Origin: Octopus bimaculoides | Taxonomy: Eukaryota | DNA length: 64,000 bases | NCBI RefSeq assembly: GCF_001194135.2 | Contig: NC_068982.1 | Span: forward strand, 103,058,952 to 103,122,951 | Direction of reading: 5' to 3' | In this document: piece by piece, positions 49,568-63,270 of the stretch | Position numbering within the stretch: position 1 is the first letter of the stretch | Layout of the letters: each line of letters begins with the position of its first letter | The notes under the pieces: generated by a model | The model's input: the letters and a program-made list of their open reading frames with translations, nothing else | Databases searched by the model: none | Told to the model about the DNA's origin: nothing | Translations under genes and position numbers: made by a program

Positions 49568-52500
49568 GTAATGATAATAATAATTATATTAGGAACTAGG
49601 TCAGTGTTCATCACCTTTGCAGGCCTCAGAGACTGAATTCAGAAAGATGGATTGAGTTAGGTTTAGTTAAATAAGTAACTGAGATTCAGACATAAACTAC
49701 TCTTTGTAAATGAGAATATTCTGATTATATAGACATGATACGAGAAGGAGTAACAAGAACTAGATGAAACAGAAAATGTGCTTGAGTTGGTAAGAGTGAT
49801 AATTACTGGTAACAAGTCTAGACTCAGCAGTTCCATAGTTAAAACCCCATCTGGCGCAACCTTCACTTTCATCATACTATGATCAATAAAAGCAATTTTT
49901 TACCAGACTGAATATTTCAGAATGTAAGCACAGTTGGTTAAATCAATATGGTGCTAAACAAGCAGTAAAGATGTCAGCAGTTTGTATAATGTCACATGTG
50001 CATTATTGTATATGTGGCCAATATACTTAACTATCAAATGCCTGAGTACTCTTTTTCTAAATATGTACCACAACTGCTGGACAACCCATCAGCAGTGTCA
50101 AACTGAATACACTGCTACAAGCTTTTTAAGCTTGCCGTAGTGTATTCAATTCTTCCTGTAGGCTTAGCTTAGAGAAGGTTGGGCTCAGATTAATTTATAC
50201 TTGATATATTATCTGGAGATAAACAGGAGTGACCGTATGTAGTATGCCAAAAATAGTTATTGAAAGAAGTGGCAAGATGCCAAAATGATAAAAGAAAAAG
50301 ATGATGATTGTGTGTATGTGTGTGTGTGTGTGTACAAACATGTGGGAAGAGTATTCACTACATAGCATAGAGTTAATAGCAACAATTAAGCCTGAGATTT
50401 TACACTATCTTTACTGTGAGTTTTGCATTACAACTTTTATAGCATGCAAACGTATAATATAAATCTGATCAAAATGAAACTCGTAAATTTTAAAATTCTA
50501 ACAATTAAAATTTAAAATTCCATTCATTGACAGCGAATTTTAAAATACACATAATTCTAAGAGAAAGTGGTTGGCTGAAAAGAAGTAAAAAAATAAAGAC
50601 TAGCTTAAAAGAGAAAAAGTTATTGAAGACTCATAGAAGAGAAAATTGACATATGTCTGCAAATATTACATTAGAATATATATATATGTCTTAGATACAG
50701 TACTGTGAGAATCAAATGTTGAAAGGTGCACATATATCTCTGGAGAAAAGAAAAAATAAGGGTATTGGAACAGAGGGTAAGAGAAGAAAAGTAAATGTTA
50801 AAGAAGTAAAGTCACACATTGATACATGAAAACTGAAGAAGGAAAAAAGAGAGGTACAAAAAGTAAAGAAAAAGTAAAAGAAATAAAGAAAAAATATACA
50901 TGTTAACAGTACAAATGAAATAGTGAGTCTGAACTAGTACGATAAAATAACATGCTAAACAAATTAATTTTGTTTTTTTTTTTCAAATGTTTAGAAAAGA
51001 ATATTCCTCTTTGCCAAAAAGTATACAATTTCCTGGCACTGTACTTTTGATATAATGTCTGAAAATTAGCTTACAGAAAACCTTGATCATAAAGATGCAT
51101 ATTAGGAAAGAGAACTTTAAGTATTCAAAGTACTTAAAACAGGGGGAAAAACCCCCAAAATCTTCAAAGAATTTCCAGGAAATTCTGCACATAAAAAGAT
51201 ACTATGTTAAGTACCTGGGTAGTATAAAATTCAGTAGTACATACTTATTTTGATAACATTTTAAAATTAGCTCATTCTTACAAATTGATAAATTGGATGG
51301 GGATGAACAATTCCAAATTGCTAAAGTTGCATCATCTAGAACTGCTAACTCAGCCACTGGCTACAGCATCAGAAAATTCATAATGAGTTCATCTTTTGAT
51401 CTCCAGGCATGATGTGATAAAAAGGTTGTATTTCTTTTCTTCAAGTGTCTAAAGGAATACATGTGTTGTGTATAACTATTCTTAAAATTATGTTCTGTTA
51501 AATCTATATAAATACATTCACTGTGGTCATGCAGTGCATCAACTCTTTGCTGAAACATTTTCTACTGAGTGGACATGAATTAAGTTTGGTACAATTGCAT
51601 ATTTAATAGAAGAGTGTTATGATTTCTTCAATCAATACTTGAGATTAAATTGTTGAAATTGAGCAACTGTTGCTAAATTTCAAGGAAACCTTGTTTAAAA
51701 TATTATGGTACATGTGACTAATTGAAAATTACTCTAGTCCAAGGCTTAGAAATATTTTTGTTATATTAAATACCACACCCAAACTGAATCTCATGTTATA
51801 CAAAATTATATTAAACATATATGGCTTGTATTTTAGTTATGTGAACAAGGATGGATACTTCTTTTATTAGATCAAATGTTGGATATGAAATATCTGATAT
51901 TATTAACTGGATTCTTTAAGACTATGAAAGGGCAATTGGAAAACTTTATATGTACATAGCAGTTTTTCCTAAGTCTGTGAGGCTGGTTGTGGGGTATTAA
52001 CAAACCATTCTCATCAAGGCCAAGATCTATAAAATGAAACTTCTTCTGGAGTAAGTCTAAGCTATATAACATAAGTCTCAACTCTATCATACAATCCAAA
52101 ACCATATCAAGTAGCTTATCACCATTATGTTTAATCCAGAAATTTTGTTCAAAAGAGATAATATCTTGCCATGCACTAATACAAATTTCAAAGTTTTTTT
52201 TTTTATGGAGGTGAAATTCTTGTCAAGCTTTAAAGCATAAAGAAGCAGTTCAGGAATGGATAGGTAAATTTACTTGGTGACCTTACTGATGCTGGGACGA
52301 CTTAAAGAGCACACAGTACACTCTGCAAATTGGTTGGTGTTAGGAAGTGCATCCAGCTATAAAAAACATACCAAAGCAGACATTGGAGTACAACGCTGTC
52401 CTTGGACACATCAGATTATATCAAACCCTCCAACTCATGCCAGCATAGAATATAGACATTAAATGATGATGATATTTATTGATTACATTATTAAATCAGT

Positions 52501-52859
52501 GTTGCTGGTGGGTCTAGATCATGCAACATGTGCATTTCTAAGATGTTATTCATATTGATATCTCTTTTTAGGAATGAGCTAATGTTGAAACGTCATCACA
52601 ATAAGTACCTTCTACAGAATTTTCTTTTATCAATAGGTTGAATTAATTTTTCCTTCATTGGTGGAAGAGCTATGGAATTTTCTAATTTTCATATTTGTAT
52701 CAAACTTTGTAAGCTAATTGACATCAAAGCATGTCTTCTAAATATTGTTGATTTTCTGTAAAATATAATCTTTTCCCATGAAGTCAGTGCCATCATGAAA
52801 AGAAACAGGTGTTAAATGAATAAATATATATATAAATAGTTGCAAGCTGGTAAAATTTA

Positions 52860-54114
52860 CTATTCAATCTAACCAGTTGTAACACTTGTAGATAAACATT
52901 TTTCAAACACCTACTGAAACATTCCCCGCTGAACCATAAATAACATAAGCTATTTAAACCAAAGTTATTCAAATCTCTTACTCATTCACCCACAGTTTTG
53001 CATAAACATTACTAAATTCTAATCTTTTCAATTGAAAATCTTAATTCGACTAACAACAACAAAATACCTCTAGTTATAATTGTATCAGCACCAATACTCG
53101 TTAGTTGAAGGAAATTGTAAAGCTATAGGATTTAGAGATTATGGTATCATTCCCAAACTCAAACAGAAGTCCAATCTACTATTGTGGAGTAATGTATGTA
53201 CTGTAATAAAAGAGTTAGAAAAATCCTCGAGAAGAAAACTTCCAACTTTATCCAATTCAACATCAAAGATTGCTGCCCAATTATTTCCTATCCTATCCTA
53301 ACTACTGTAGCAAACTACTTCAAATGGAAAACCCAAAGAAAAGGAAATAACCTTACAAGCGACGAAGTGCTTCTTCCTACAAGAATGTCATGTAGATTAA
53401 AAATAAAAACATCATCAAGCATTTTGATATAAGCATGGGCTCCAAAGATTCTGTTAGGATTAAAAATGTACTCAGATTATACATTATTATAATCCTCGAT
53501 GGTAAATTCCCTTTCATTACTTGCAGCTTATACTGAAATGATGGACTACTCTTCACAACTTCAACTACCAATTTACTGACAGATTCAGAAATAACCGGTG
53601 TAATTTCTTTAATAACCTATCCCCCATCAGTGTTGAAGCACTTCTTAAAAAACAGTTTCTTTAACATAACCTAGAAGACTCTCCAATCACAAACCACTTA
53701 TGAAATCCACCAAAGAACTATGACATATGAATCATCTCAGAATAATTTAGTGAAGAACATCTCTCTTAGACTCATTCCTCTAATGAAAATGTATTTGACA
53801 ATATTTTCAACACATAATGATGGCCAGTTCCAAGCATATTTAAAAATCAGAGATATCCAGAATGCGATGTCAATCTTCCACCAAAACACAGAACAGAAAC
53901 ATTGGCCTCATTGAATCCACATTGCAGCTTGCAAATATCAATACCAGTAGAAAAATATCTTTAAATTCCTACACAAACACTCCCCATCTTATGCTTAAAT
54001 ACCACAAATTACTACACCAAAAAACTATCAAACTTTCATACTCTACTACCAATAATTTAAAATATATGTGTACTAATTATATTAAGCTCTCAACCCAAAT
54101 TACTAACTCCCAAA
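52860..54114 (+). mobile_element. Penelope-like element remnant (RT core and thumb/linker)
   Basis: NFIQFNIKD, FDISMGS, LY*NDGL (YRDDG equivalent), KYHKLL..KTIKLSYSTTNNLK; many stops and frameshifts. Confidence 0.8.
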
Positions 54115-54116
54115 TA

Positions 54117-55526
54117 TCAGGTCATCCCATAAGTTCTGTCTGATTTTAACTTTTTTAAAACTGAATGAAATTTAATAGTATTTTAGAATGTCTAATGGAA
54201 TTAAAAATTATTTTTATGCATTTGTGTACAGTTAAACTAATTAAATATTATTTAACAGAATATTAGAATTAAAATTTCTTTCATTAAAACTCTTTCTAAC
54301 ATGGAAGTATCCAAAGAGCATTTGAAGGACATAATGCTTTATGAGTACAAAAAAGGAAACTCTGCTGCTGAAGCGACTCGAAACATACCCTCAGTTTATG
54401 GGAAAGAATGCTTGAATGAAAGAACTTGCAGAAGATGGTTTGCAAAATTCAGAAGTGGAGATTTCAGCCTTGAAGATGGAAGATCGAACAAGACGTCCAG
54501 TTGAGTTTGATGATAAGCTCCTTGAGGCATTACTTGAAGAAAATCCTGCATTATCAGTTGAAGAATTAGCAATAAAGCTTAGTTCAAACCATACAACTGT
54601 TCATTGTCATCTTCAACAACTTGGAAAGGTTCCTAAACTTGGAAAATGGGTGCCTCATGAATTGTCCGAAAGCAACTNNNNNNNNNNNNNNNNNNNNNNN
54701 NNNNNNNNNNNNNNNNNNNNNNNNNNNNNNNNNNNNNNNNNNNNNNNNNNNNNNNNNNNNNNNNNNNNNNNNNNNNNNNNNNNNNNNNNNNNNNNNNNNN
54801 NNNNNNNNNNNNNNNNNNNNNNNNNNNNNNNNNNNNNNNNNNNNNNNNNNNNNNNNNNNNNNNNNNNNNNNNNNNNNNNNNNNNNNNNNNNNNNNNNNNN
54901 NNNNNNNNNNNNNNNNNNNNNNNNNNNNNNNNNNNNNNNNNNNNNNNNNNNNNNNNNNNNNNNNNNNNNNNNNNNNNNNNNNNNNNNNNNNNNNNNNNNN
55001 NNNNNNNNNNNNNNNNNNNNNNNNNNNNNNNNNNNNNNNNNNNNNNNNNNNNNNNNNNNNNNNNNNNNNNNNNNNNNNNNNNNNNNNNNNNNNNNNNNNN
55101 NNNNNNNNNNNNNNNNNNNNNNNNNNNNNNNNNNNNNNNNNNNNNNNNNAAAAGGAGTGATGTTTCATCAGGACAATGCGCGACCCCACACTGCAAAGAT
55201 CACATCACAGAAGATCGAAGAGCTTGGTTGGGAAAAAATTCCTCATCCACCTTATTCTGACTACCATTTGTTTCATAGTTTACAGAATCATTTGGGGGAA
55301 CATAACTTTCGCAAGCCAGGAGGAGGTCAAAACTGACATTTCAGAGTTCTTCGCTTTGAAACCAAAAGAGTTTTATATTGATGGGATTAAAAATCTTGTA
55401 AATAGATGGAAGGAAGTCATAGATAATCAGGGAAAGTACATTGATGATTAAATTTCAATTAAATATAACATTTGATCACTTGTTTTCTTTATTCAAAATT
55501 CAGACAGAACTTATGGGATGACCTTA
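54117..55526 (+). mobile_element. Mariner transposon with both TIRs and TA TSD; transposase 54301-55451 defective, middle in gap
   Basis: TA|TCAGGTCATCCCATAAGTTCTGTCTGA ... TCAGACAGAACTTATGGGATGACCTTA|TA; WVPHEL, FHQDNARPH, HPPYS-DYHLF; frameshifts. Confidence 0.95.
54678..55149. other. Assembly gap (others: 17560-17569, 21665-21908, 43065-43155, 45951-46050, 56314-56805, 57489-57588)
   Basis: N runs. Confidence 1.
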
Positions 55527-55689
55527 TATATTACTTACTACTATGTATGTCTGTGTACGTATGTCTATTTCATATTTTTTCACCCATTTTTCGATACTTG
55601 CATAGGACTGAGGAAATTTATTGAGGTAGATTTCCTACTGCCACATATACTTCCTGTCACCAACCCTCTCTTGTTTCCAAACAAGATAA

Positions 55690-55960
55690 TATTTCTCCTA
55701 CTCCTTCCAGTATGAACAGCATAATGGCCAGATATGTTTTCATGGAAGATTGAAAGCACCAACACTGCTGTGATTGATGTATGTTTATGTCAATACAAGG
55801 AGATAAACGCAGACATACACACATATGATGATCTTCTTTCAGTTTCCATTTACCAAACCCACTCACAAGAGACTGGCTTTGGCTGGCCTAGTGCGGTAGT
55901 AGCTGGGACTTGCCCTGAAAGCACATGATTTCAAGGCACACTTCTCATCCATACAATCAT
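55690..55960 (-). mobile_element. SINE family A variant, decayed
   Basis: CTTTCAGTTTCCATTTACCAAACCCACTCACAAG...GGCCTAGTGC.GTAG. Confidence 0.6.
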
Positions 55961-56062
55961 GTGTGTGCCTATTCATGCACATGCACATGTTTATATATGC
56001 ATAAATATATATGTGTGGGTGTATATATGTATATATATATATATGTATACATATAGATGTAG

Positions 56063-56108
<46 letters not shown>

Positions 56109-56152
56109 ATTTATATATATATATAAAACATACATACATGTGCACACGTGTG

Positions 56153-56195
<43 letters not shown>

Positions 56196-56805
56196 CATCA
56201 TTTAACATATATTCTCTTTGGTTCTTTATTTATATATATTTTTAATAGCTGTAAAACACCTCCCACTTGACCCTCATTACCTCTTTGATCTCTTATTTCA
56301 TCTTCTCTCCGCTNNNNNNNNNNNNNNNNNNNNNNNNNNNNNNNNNNNNNNNNNNNNNNNNNNNNNNNNNNNNNNNNNNNNNNNNNNNNNNNNNNNNNNN
56401 NNNNNNNNNNNNNNNNNNNNNNNNNNNNNNNNNNNNNNNNNNNNNNNNNNNNNNNNNNNNNNNNNNNNNNNNNNNNNNNNNNNNNNNNNNNNNNNNNNNN
56501 NNNNNNNNNNNNNNNNNNNNNNNNNNNNNNNNNNNNNNNNNNNNNNNNNNNNNNNNNNNNNNNNNNNNNNNNNNNNNNNNNNNNNNNNNNNNNNNNNNNN
56601 NNNNNNNNNNNNNNNNNNNNNNNNNNNNNNNNNNNNNNNNNNNNNNNNNNNNNNNNNNNNNNNNNNNNNNNNNNNNNNNNNNNNNNNNNNNNNNNNNNNN
56701 NNNNNNNNNNNNNNNNNNNNNNNNNNNNNNNNNNNNNNNNNNNNNNNNNNNNNNNNNNNNNNNNNNNNNNNNNNNNNNNNNNNNNNNNNNNNNNNNNNNN
56801 NNNNN

Positions 56806-56860
<55 letters not shown>

Positions 56861-57588
56861 ATGTATATATATATATTAAAAAAATTGGACACTTCATAAG
56901 ATGATTGCTATGTACTGCCTGATTCATTTTATTCCACACCTCTTCTATATATTTATTGTTGTATCTTACCTCCCTCTACTCACTTCATTGTCTGCTCCCA
57001 TCTTTTTTTTCTTTTTTTTCTTTTCTTTGCTTCTTTTGTAAATACTTAAGTACTGTTCTGATTTTTCATGTCAGTGTAAATTTAAACTGTTATTACTTAA
57101 TCTCAGTTATCTATAAAAGAGTCTGTGGAGATTTCTCTTCTTGGCCTGTTTGTTGTCTTTATTTGTATGTATTTATTGATGTATTTGAAGCTGTATCTTA
57201 CCTCTGTTGCTACCTTCAGTTTCATCTCTCTGCTTTTCATAACTGTAAACTAAACTAAACTAAACTATGTGCTGGCATGGCTATAGAGTCAAGAAGATCA
57301 CTTTACAATCATATGGTTTTGGGTTTGATCTCAGTCCATAGCATCGTGAATTGTCTTCTTCTGTAGACTCAGGTCAACCAATGCCTTCCTTGTGGAATTT
57401 GGGTAACCAAAACAGTGTAGAAGCCTGCAATACATGTGTGTATATGCATGTAAGTATGCATGCGCATGTGTGTGTGTGTATATATATANNNNNNNNNNNN
57501 NNNNNNNNNNNNNNNNNNNNNNNNNNNNNNNNNNNNNNNNNNNNNNNNNNNNNNNNNNNNNNNNNNNNNNNNNNNNNNNNNNNNNNNN

Positions 57589-58118
57589 TAAAGAGAGGGA
57601 AGAGAGAGAAAAAAAGGCGATCAATAGGGATTGTGTATCACAGCAATGTTCTGGTGTAAAAGGGGGAACAGTTTAGATTTATCCGTGGAAAGAAAAGCCT
57701 ACTGAAAAGACCACAGTAACCTTGGCCAATATTGTCATTGTCACTGAAAAAAAATATTACAGTAAGTGACTCTCTTTTTACCTTTTTATTATCTCGTTTA
57801 CAGGATTATGCTCAAGGTGGTTCCGTCATTCACGCGTGCCATCCTTGCTACATCCACCCATCTTTTTTTGAAGCATTCGCTAGACTAAACTTCCCTGTCT
57901 ACTCTCACCTTCCTCTTCAAGTGATACTTGAAGAAGTTGATGAGAGATTCCCCAGAGAGGAAAGTCTTTGTCTCTAGACCTTTCAGACGCGTCCACCATA
58001 CACATTCTTTCGCCATAGCCACAAGTACGATGAAAATAGCTCTTCCTTCCCGTTTAAAGGAAGGAGGCACGACATTATTCATGATAGACTCGGTTGATAA
58101 ACTGACTCGTCCCACACG
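57589..58118 (-). mobile_element. L1/Tx1-like LINE 3' end
   Basis: AIFIVLVAMAKECVWWTRLKG...LINFFKYHLKRKVRVDREV*SSECFKKRWVDVARMARV resembles recalled Tx1-type ORF2 C-termini; one in-frame stop. Confidence 0.65.
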
Positions 58119-58213
58119 AGACAGACAGACAGACAGAGACAGGCAGACAGGCAGACAGACAGACAGACAGACAGATAGATAGATAGATAGATAGATAGAC
58201 AGATAGCTAGATA

Positions 58214-58255
<42 letters not shown>
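58119..58255. repeat. Compound microsatellite (GACA)n(GATA)n(TA)n
   Basis: Direct reading. Confidence 0.95.
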
Positions 58256-58256
<1 letters not shown>

Positions 58257-59799
58257 GACGATTAGCTATATTTTTGAATAGAATTTATTTTCGATAATTT
58301 CAATTGATTTTAATTGATTTTAATCGATTTAAATTTCCTTTCTATTTGAAAATTAGTTATGAAACACATGTAATCATTTTATTATATTTATCTTATGATA
58401 TTTACTTTGCTTTATATTATACTCATTTATTGTGCTTTTAATTGTTAATTTTTCTATATGTGATAGTGGATTTTCATCGATGAGTTCTTGAAACTTGGTT
58501 ATTTTCCCTAAAACTATATATTTTATATATATTTTATCTATAAAGCTCAATTTAATTTTAATTTTTTATAAATTGATTTTAATTGAGTTTTTACCTGTAA
58601 TTTTGGATTTTATCCCTAATATTATTATATACATATATATATATGTATATCTGTTTGTGTATACTTGTGTGAGCGGCCTCAAGGTTCCAGGTTCAGTCCC
58701 ACTGTATGGCATTTGGAGCAAATATTTTTTATCACAACTTCAGTTACATCCAAGTGAAACTGAGTAGAGAGATGCTATGTGGAAGCCTACCTATAATTCA
58801 AAAATGCATCTTTGTTACAGTCTATCATGCTAATTTTGCTTCTAGATCACACTAAAGATGTTTGTGTCTGTAGAATACTCACCTACTTATATGCTAATTC
58901 AGTGAGAAAGTAGTTCAGTTGACCAAATAATTGAATTCTTATTGTCAAAACTGATAGTTCTCCATTTACTTTTACTTGATGGTATAAAACGGTCTGTTGA
59001 GTTACCTTCCTTTATATCAGACAGTAACCTAACTGTTTGGTAAACAGACAACTGTAAAGGATGTATCATATGGAAATAAGTACTAGTAATATGATTGACT
59101 AAAATCCTCTAAAGACAGTACCCTACCATAACCACAGTCCAATGACAAACCAGTAAAAGAGAAAAATGAATGCGTGCATGAGTGTGTCCATCCATCACTA
59201 AATGTCTATATTTGTGTATGTTCACGATGCTGTGTGAGATATTTACAAAATTTCATTCATGTTCACATACATGAAAACAGCTGATTATTTTTACTGTTTA
59301 GCTTCAAGCAAAACTATATACTATTTTTATCCAAACTATCTATAGCACAACGAAATAGGTCTGGTGCTGTAGATTCTGATGACAATGCTCTTGTAAAAAA
59401 ATTTAGTATTGCATTTGTTTTTTTCTTCATGTTACGAAAGACAAGTCTAATCTCATAATTTTTCATTAAAGTGTTGTTTGATCTTATGCTGCTGTGACAT
59501 ACTGTTTCTGTGCTGTACACATAAGCTCCTTTTGGTGTTCCTTGGTAGGAGATTAGTGATTTTCTTTTTCCTTCTTTTCTGAGTCAAAGATTATCTTTTT
59601 AGGTATTGTTCAATGTTAGAAGTGTAAACCACCCACTTGTGCATCAGGTTTCTTTAAATTGGTATCTATTGCCAAATTACTTCTCTTCTGGATGCATCCA
59701 TACTATCAAGTTGCTTTTCTATGTGCAGCTAGTTTGACAGAAGCAGCAAAATTCAGGACATTGACCCCAACCAAGTAAAAATATAAATATTCATACACT

Positions 59800-59874
<75 letters not shown>
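59800..59874. repeat. (GTA)n microsatellite
   Basis: Direct reading; other long microsatellites at 24599-24658 (TA), 43012-43187 (CT, gapped) and ~49520-49567 (ATT). Confidence 0.95.
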
Positions 59875-60959
59875 ACAAGCAAGAAAGTTTGCTACTTAGA
59901 AGCCAAGTGTTTCATACCTTATCCATTCAGGTTTTGAAATATTAAATTAATATCCTATTAATTGGTTTATCATTTAGAAAGGCTTTCATAAAGATTACAT
60001 TTTTTTTTAGTGCAATGAATTATTTTTATATTTTCTAAGTTAAAATAACATCTATTTTTGTTTAAAGAACACATTTTTGATAACATTGTTTCAAAGTCCT
60101 TGTGAATCTTTTATGATTTATTTCAGTGACAAAATCCAATCAAAATAGAAACCTATAGATTTTGATAATAGGGAAATAAGCTCTAATCACTTATTGTCTG
60201 ACTGTCTTTGAATTTCATTTATCTGCTCTGATCAAATTGGAACTTAATGGAAATCAGAATTTAAATATATTTTTAAAGTTATACCGTTCTGGCAAGAAAT
60301 GATCTCATTAATGTTAGACATTTAGGTGACACATGACAACAAATATTTAACCTTATGACAACCACAATGAACTGTTGTAGATTGTAGTTTGTGAGTGGGT
60401 AATGCATATATATAAATAATGTTAGGGATCAATCTAGGTAGATATGAATAGTTTTGGGAGAAAAACTGCAAAGATCACTGGAGTTGACTAAATGTAGAAA
60501 ATGAAATATACAATAAAGGATTTCACTATTTTGTTTTGTTCTTGATTAGGTGAATGCTCTTTCTAATTTGCTGAAGTCTTTCTCAAGATGTAAGAGGTTT
60601 ACATGAAATGTGTATTACTGATTTTTAATAAGTTATTTTCATTATATTTTAGATTCTTGGAAATTATAGTTTAAGGCACTCCTTGTTGGAAATGACGTGA
60701 TTTTAAATAGAAATATTTTGCATATATTCATTTGAAAAAAAGAGTAGAGAAAGCGGGGAGGAAGAGAGAGAGAGAGAGAGATGTGGGGCTATCAGATAAA
60801 TGAAACTAAGTACTGTGTCCACACTAATATCCATCTGTGTATGTTCTTTCATCCTAATAGCTTCTTATATATTTATCTGATAATGTTAGTGTTGAATGAT
60901 TTGTACCAGAATAGGCTTCCAGCTATAAAACTGTGTCAGTATGAATTGACAGATTGTTG

Positions 60960-62500
60960 ATGAGGAGTATGTAATGATAGTGGCACCCTTGCTCTCACTG
61001 ATACTGAGAAGAAAGAGGCATGGTTATGTTGCTACAAGAGGCTACTGAATTTAGGAAATGCATGGGAGTGAAAAGAACTTCCTCAAATAGATCCAACAGA
61101 GAGACCAGCTATTGAAATTAACAGCTATCTGGTTGAAATGGCCATCAGTCATAGTCAATAAGATGAAAATATCCAGTGAAGTGCTAGCTGGTCACATAGC
61201 CAATCAAGTAGAACAGAAATGTTTCTTTCCATTGATGGCATAGTAGTATCATTACTTGCTACAAAAAGCAACTGCAGAGACATCAGACTGATGGACTAAG
61301 CTCTAGAAGGAGTTATGTAGCGCAACTGATTAAGAAGAAAATTAAAACTCAGATGAGAAACATTACAGATTTGCGCTAGGATGAGGTATCACTGATGCCA
61401 TCTTCCTAGTACAAGAACTACAGGAGTAGTTCTTAGTAAAGGGCAGGCCACTGTACCCTCTATACCTCACATTCATTGGCCTAGAGAAAGATTTTGACAA
61501 GACACCATACTCTGATGGTTTGCTAAGAAAACTAGGAGTAGTTGAACAGTTTATGAGAGCCATGCAAACCAACTGCCAGAAAGTTGGCATTGAAATCAGG
61601 AAAGGATCTAGCATGCAGTAGGTGTCCAACAAGGCTCAGTTCTCTGCCCTTCTTGTTTATTATAGCTCTCCAGGCATAAAACCAGTTGTTCATGAGAATT
61701 TGTATGCCAGTGCTCTAGTTCTTAAAACTAAAGCTGTCAAAGAATTAGAGAAGCACTTCCAGACATGTAAAGCCTAGACTCAAGGAAAAAATCAGGACTC
61801 TACATACATTTTAAAAGAGGCCATGTTCATTATGTAGAAAAAATATAGGTAAGAATACCAAAAACTTTAAGATATACCCATTGTAAACTATAGTTATACA
61901 AAAAATGCAGTGGGATTGTATGCAGGCTAATAGATGTGCAAAAGGGTTAGCAGTGAGAGCAAAACCTCAGAGAATGCTCTAGAATTAGTTGGTAATTTCT
62001 GTTAGCTAGGTGGCATAATTAGCAGTGGAGAAGAGTGTTCCAAAGGCATAGCAAGTTGATTAAAAACAAGGTGAAAAATGTTCAGGGAGCTATTACATCT
62101 ACTGGCAACAAAGCAATTCTTTCTTCAAGATAAATTAGAAAAATTGCATGTTAAGGAAACATGTGCAGAATTCAATACAAAGGCTGAAAAGAAATGAGTC
62201 AAGTGTGCTCAGATAGATGTGTAATGACTCGAGAAGAAAGCTGGATATAAGAGGAATCAGATGTTGTGTGCTAGAAAAAAGACTGAAGTGATACAGACAT
62301 GTGATGTGTATGGAGGATGGTAGCTGGGTACAGAAGTGTCAAGTGACCCAGGCAGAATGAACCTGTGGGAGAGAAAGATCAAAGAAGACATAGAAAGGAA
62401 AGGTGAAAGCTAATCTCAGTAGACTGAAGTTTACAAAGGAGATTAAAAAGGGTTGCATCAAATGATGAGAAGCTGTGCTGTAGAAGACCTATTCAAGCAT
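60960..62500 (+). mobile_element. RTE-clade LINE ORF2 remnant with internal deletions
   Basis: EAWLCCYKRLLN, GITDAIFLVQELQE, FIGLEKDFDK, RKLGVVE, GIRCCVLEKRLK*YRHVMCMEDGSWVQKC; same family as 660-2071. Confidence 0.85.
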
Positions 62501-62836
62501 GAAAAAATAAACATAAAATGATGATTCAATATTGTATAGAAACACTGCAAGCTCTTTCTCAATTTAATGTTAATCTCCATTTTATGAAAATAATCTCCAT
62601 TTAATGAAGATAAAACATTTTATTTTTAAATGAATGAGTCAATATTTCTAAAATTAAAAGTATATTTTTGGTTAGCAACAAGCAATTAGAGATGTAACAA
62701 ATGTAAAATTATTTCATTTGCATCAGCATTTAAGAATGAATTTTTAGTGAGTGGCCATGCTTTGAGCTTATGTCTGAGTAAACTTCATTACACACTGTAA
62801 TTCAGTTGGATTTATTTCTGTTGGAATTATATTTAA

Positions 62837-63046
62837 CCCTTTAGTATTGAAATTACTCTATCAAATGTAATGCTTATTTATTCACATTGTTTTGAATTAA
62901 TCTTGTAACTTTGAGATTTCCATGATGTGACTGTTTATTTTTAGAATGACATTGTAGAGTAGCTGTGAGAGGCTGAATCTGGCCATTTTAAACAAAAGAC
63001 AGGTAGAATATTTGGGCTGGATATTGCCAGTTTAAATGATAAAAGG
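62837..63046. mobile_element. TTAA-type (piggyBac-like) MITE, second family
   Basis: ttaa|CCCTTTAGTATT ... AATGATAAAAGG|ctaa imperfect TIRs. Confidence 0.75.
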
Positions 63047-63270
63047 CTAAGACAGCTTTTCTATCAAATATATTATATCTAAAACTCATTGTTTATGATT
63101 TGGGAGTAAATTAATCAATGATCAATAAATGTAGTAAAGCTTGCCCATCTTCAGGGCTTTGTTGTTGTTAGTGTCTGCAAATCATAAACTTCTTCAGTTG
63201 TATTGAGATATTTTAAAAAAAGTGAAATCAAGTAACAAAAAAATATTTTGTTGGACTTTGCAATCAAATT

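Noticed and set aside
55863-56939. Long ORFs rich in IY/VC/HT repeats or X
   Set aside because: Translations of (TA)n/(TG)n microsatellites and N gaps; the same applies to ORFs at 1936, 17431, 24531, 42833 and 57331
57803-57977. Plus-strand exon-like ORF DYAQGGSVIHACHPC
   Set aside because: Antisense of the LINE C-terminus on the minus strand
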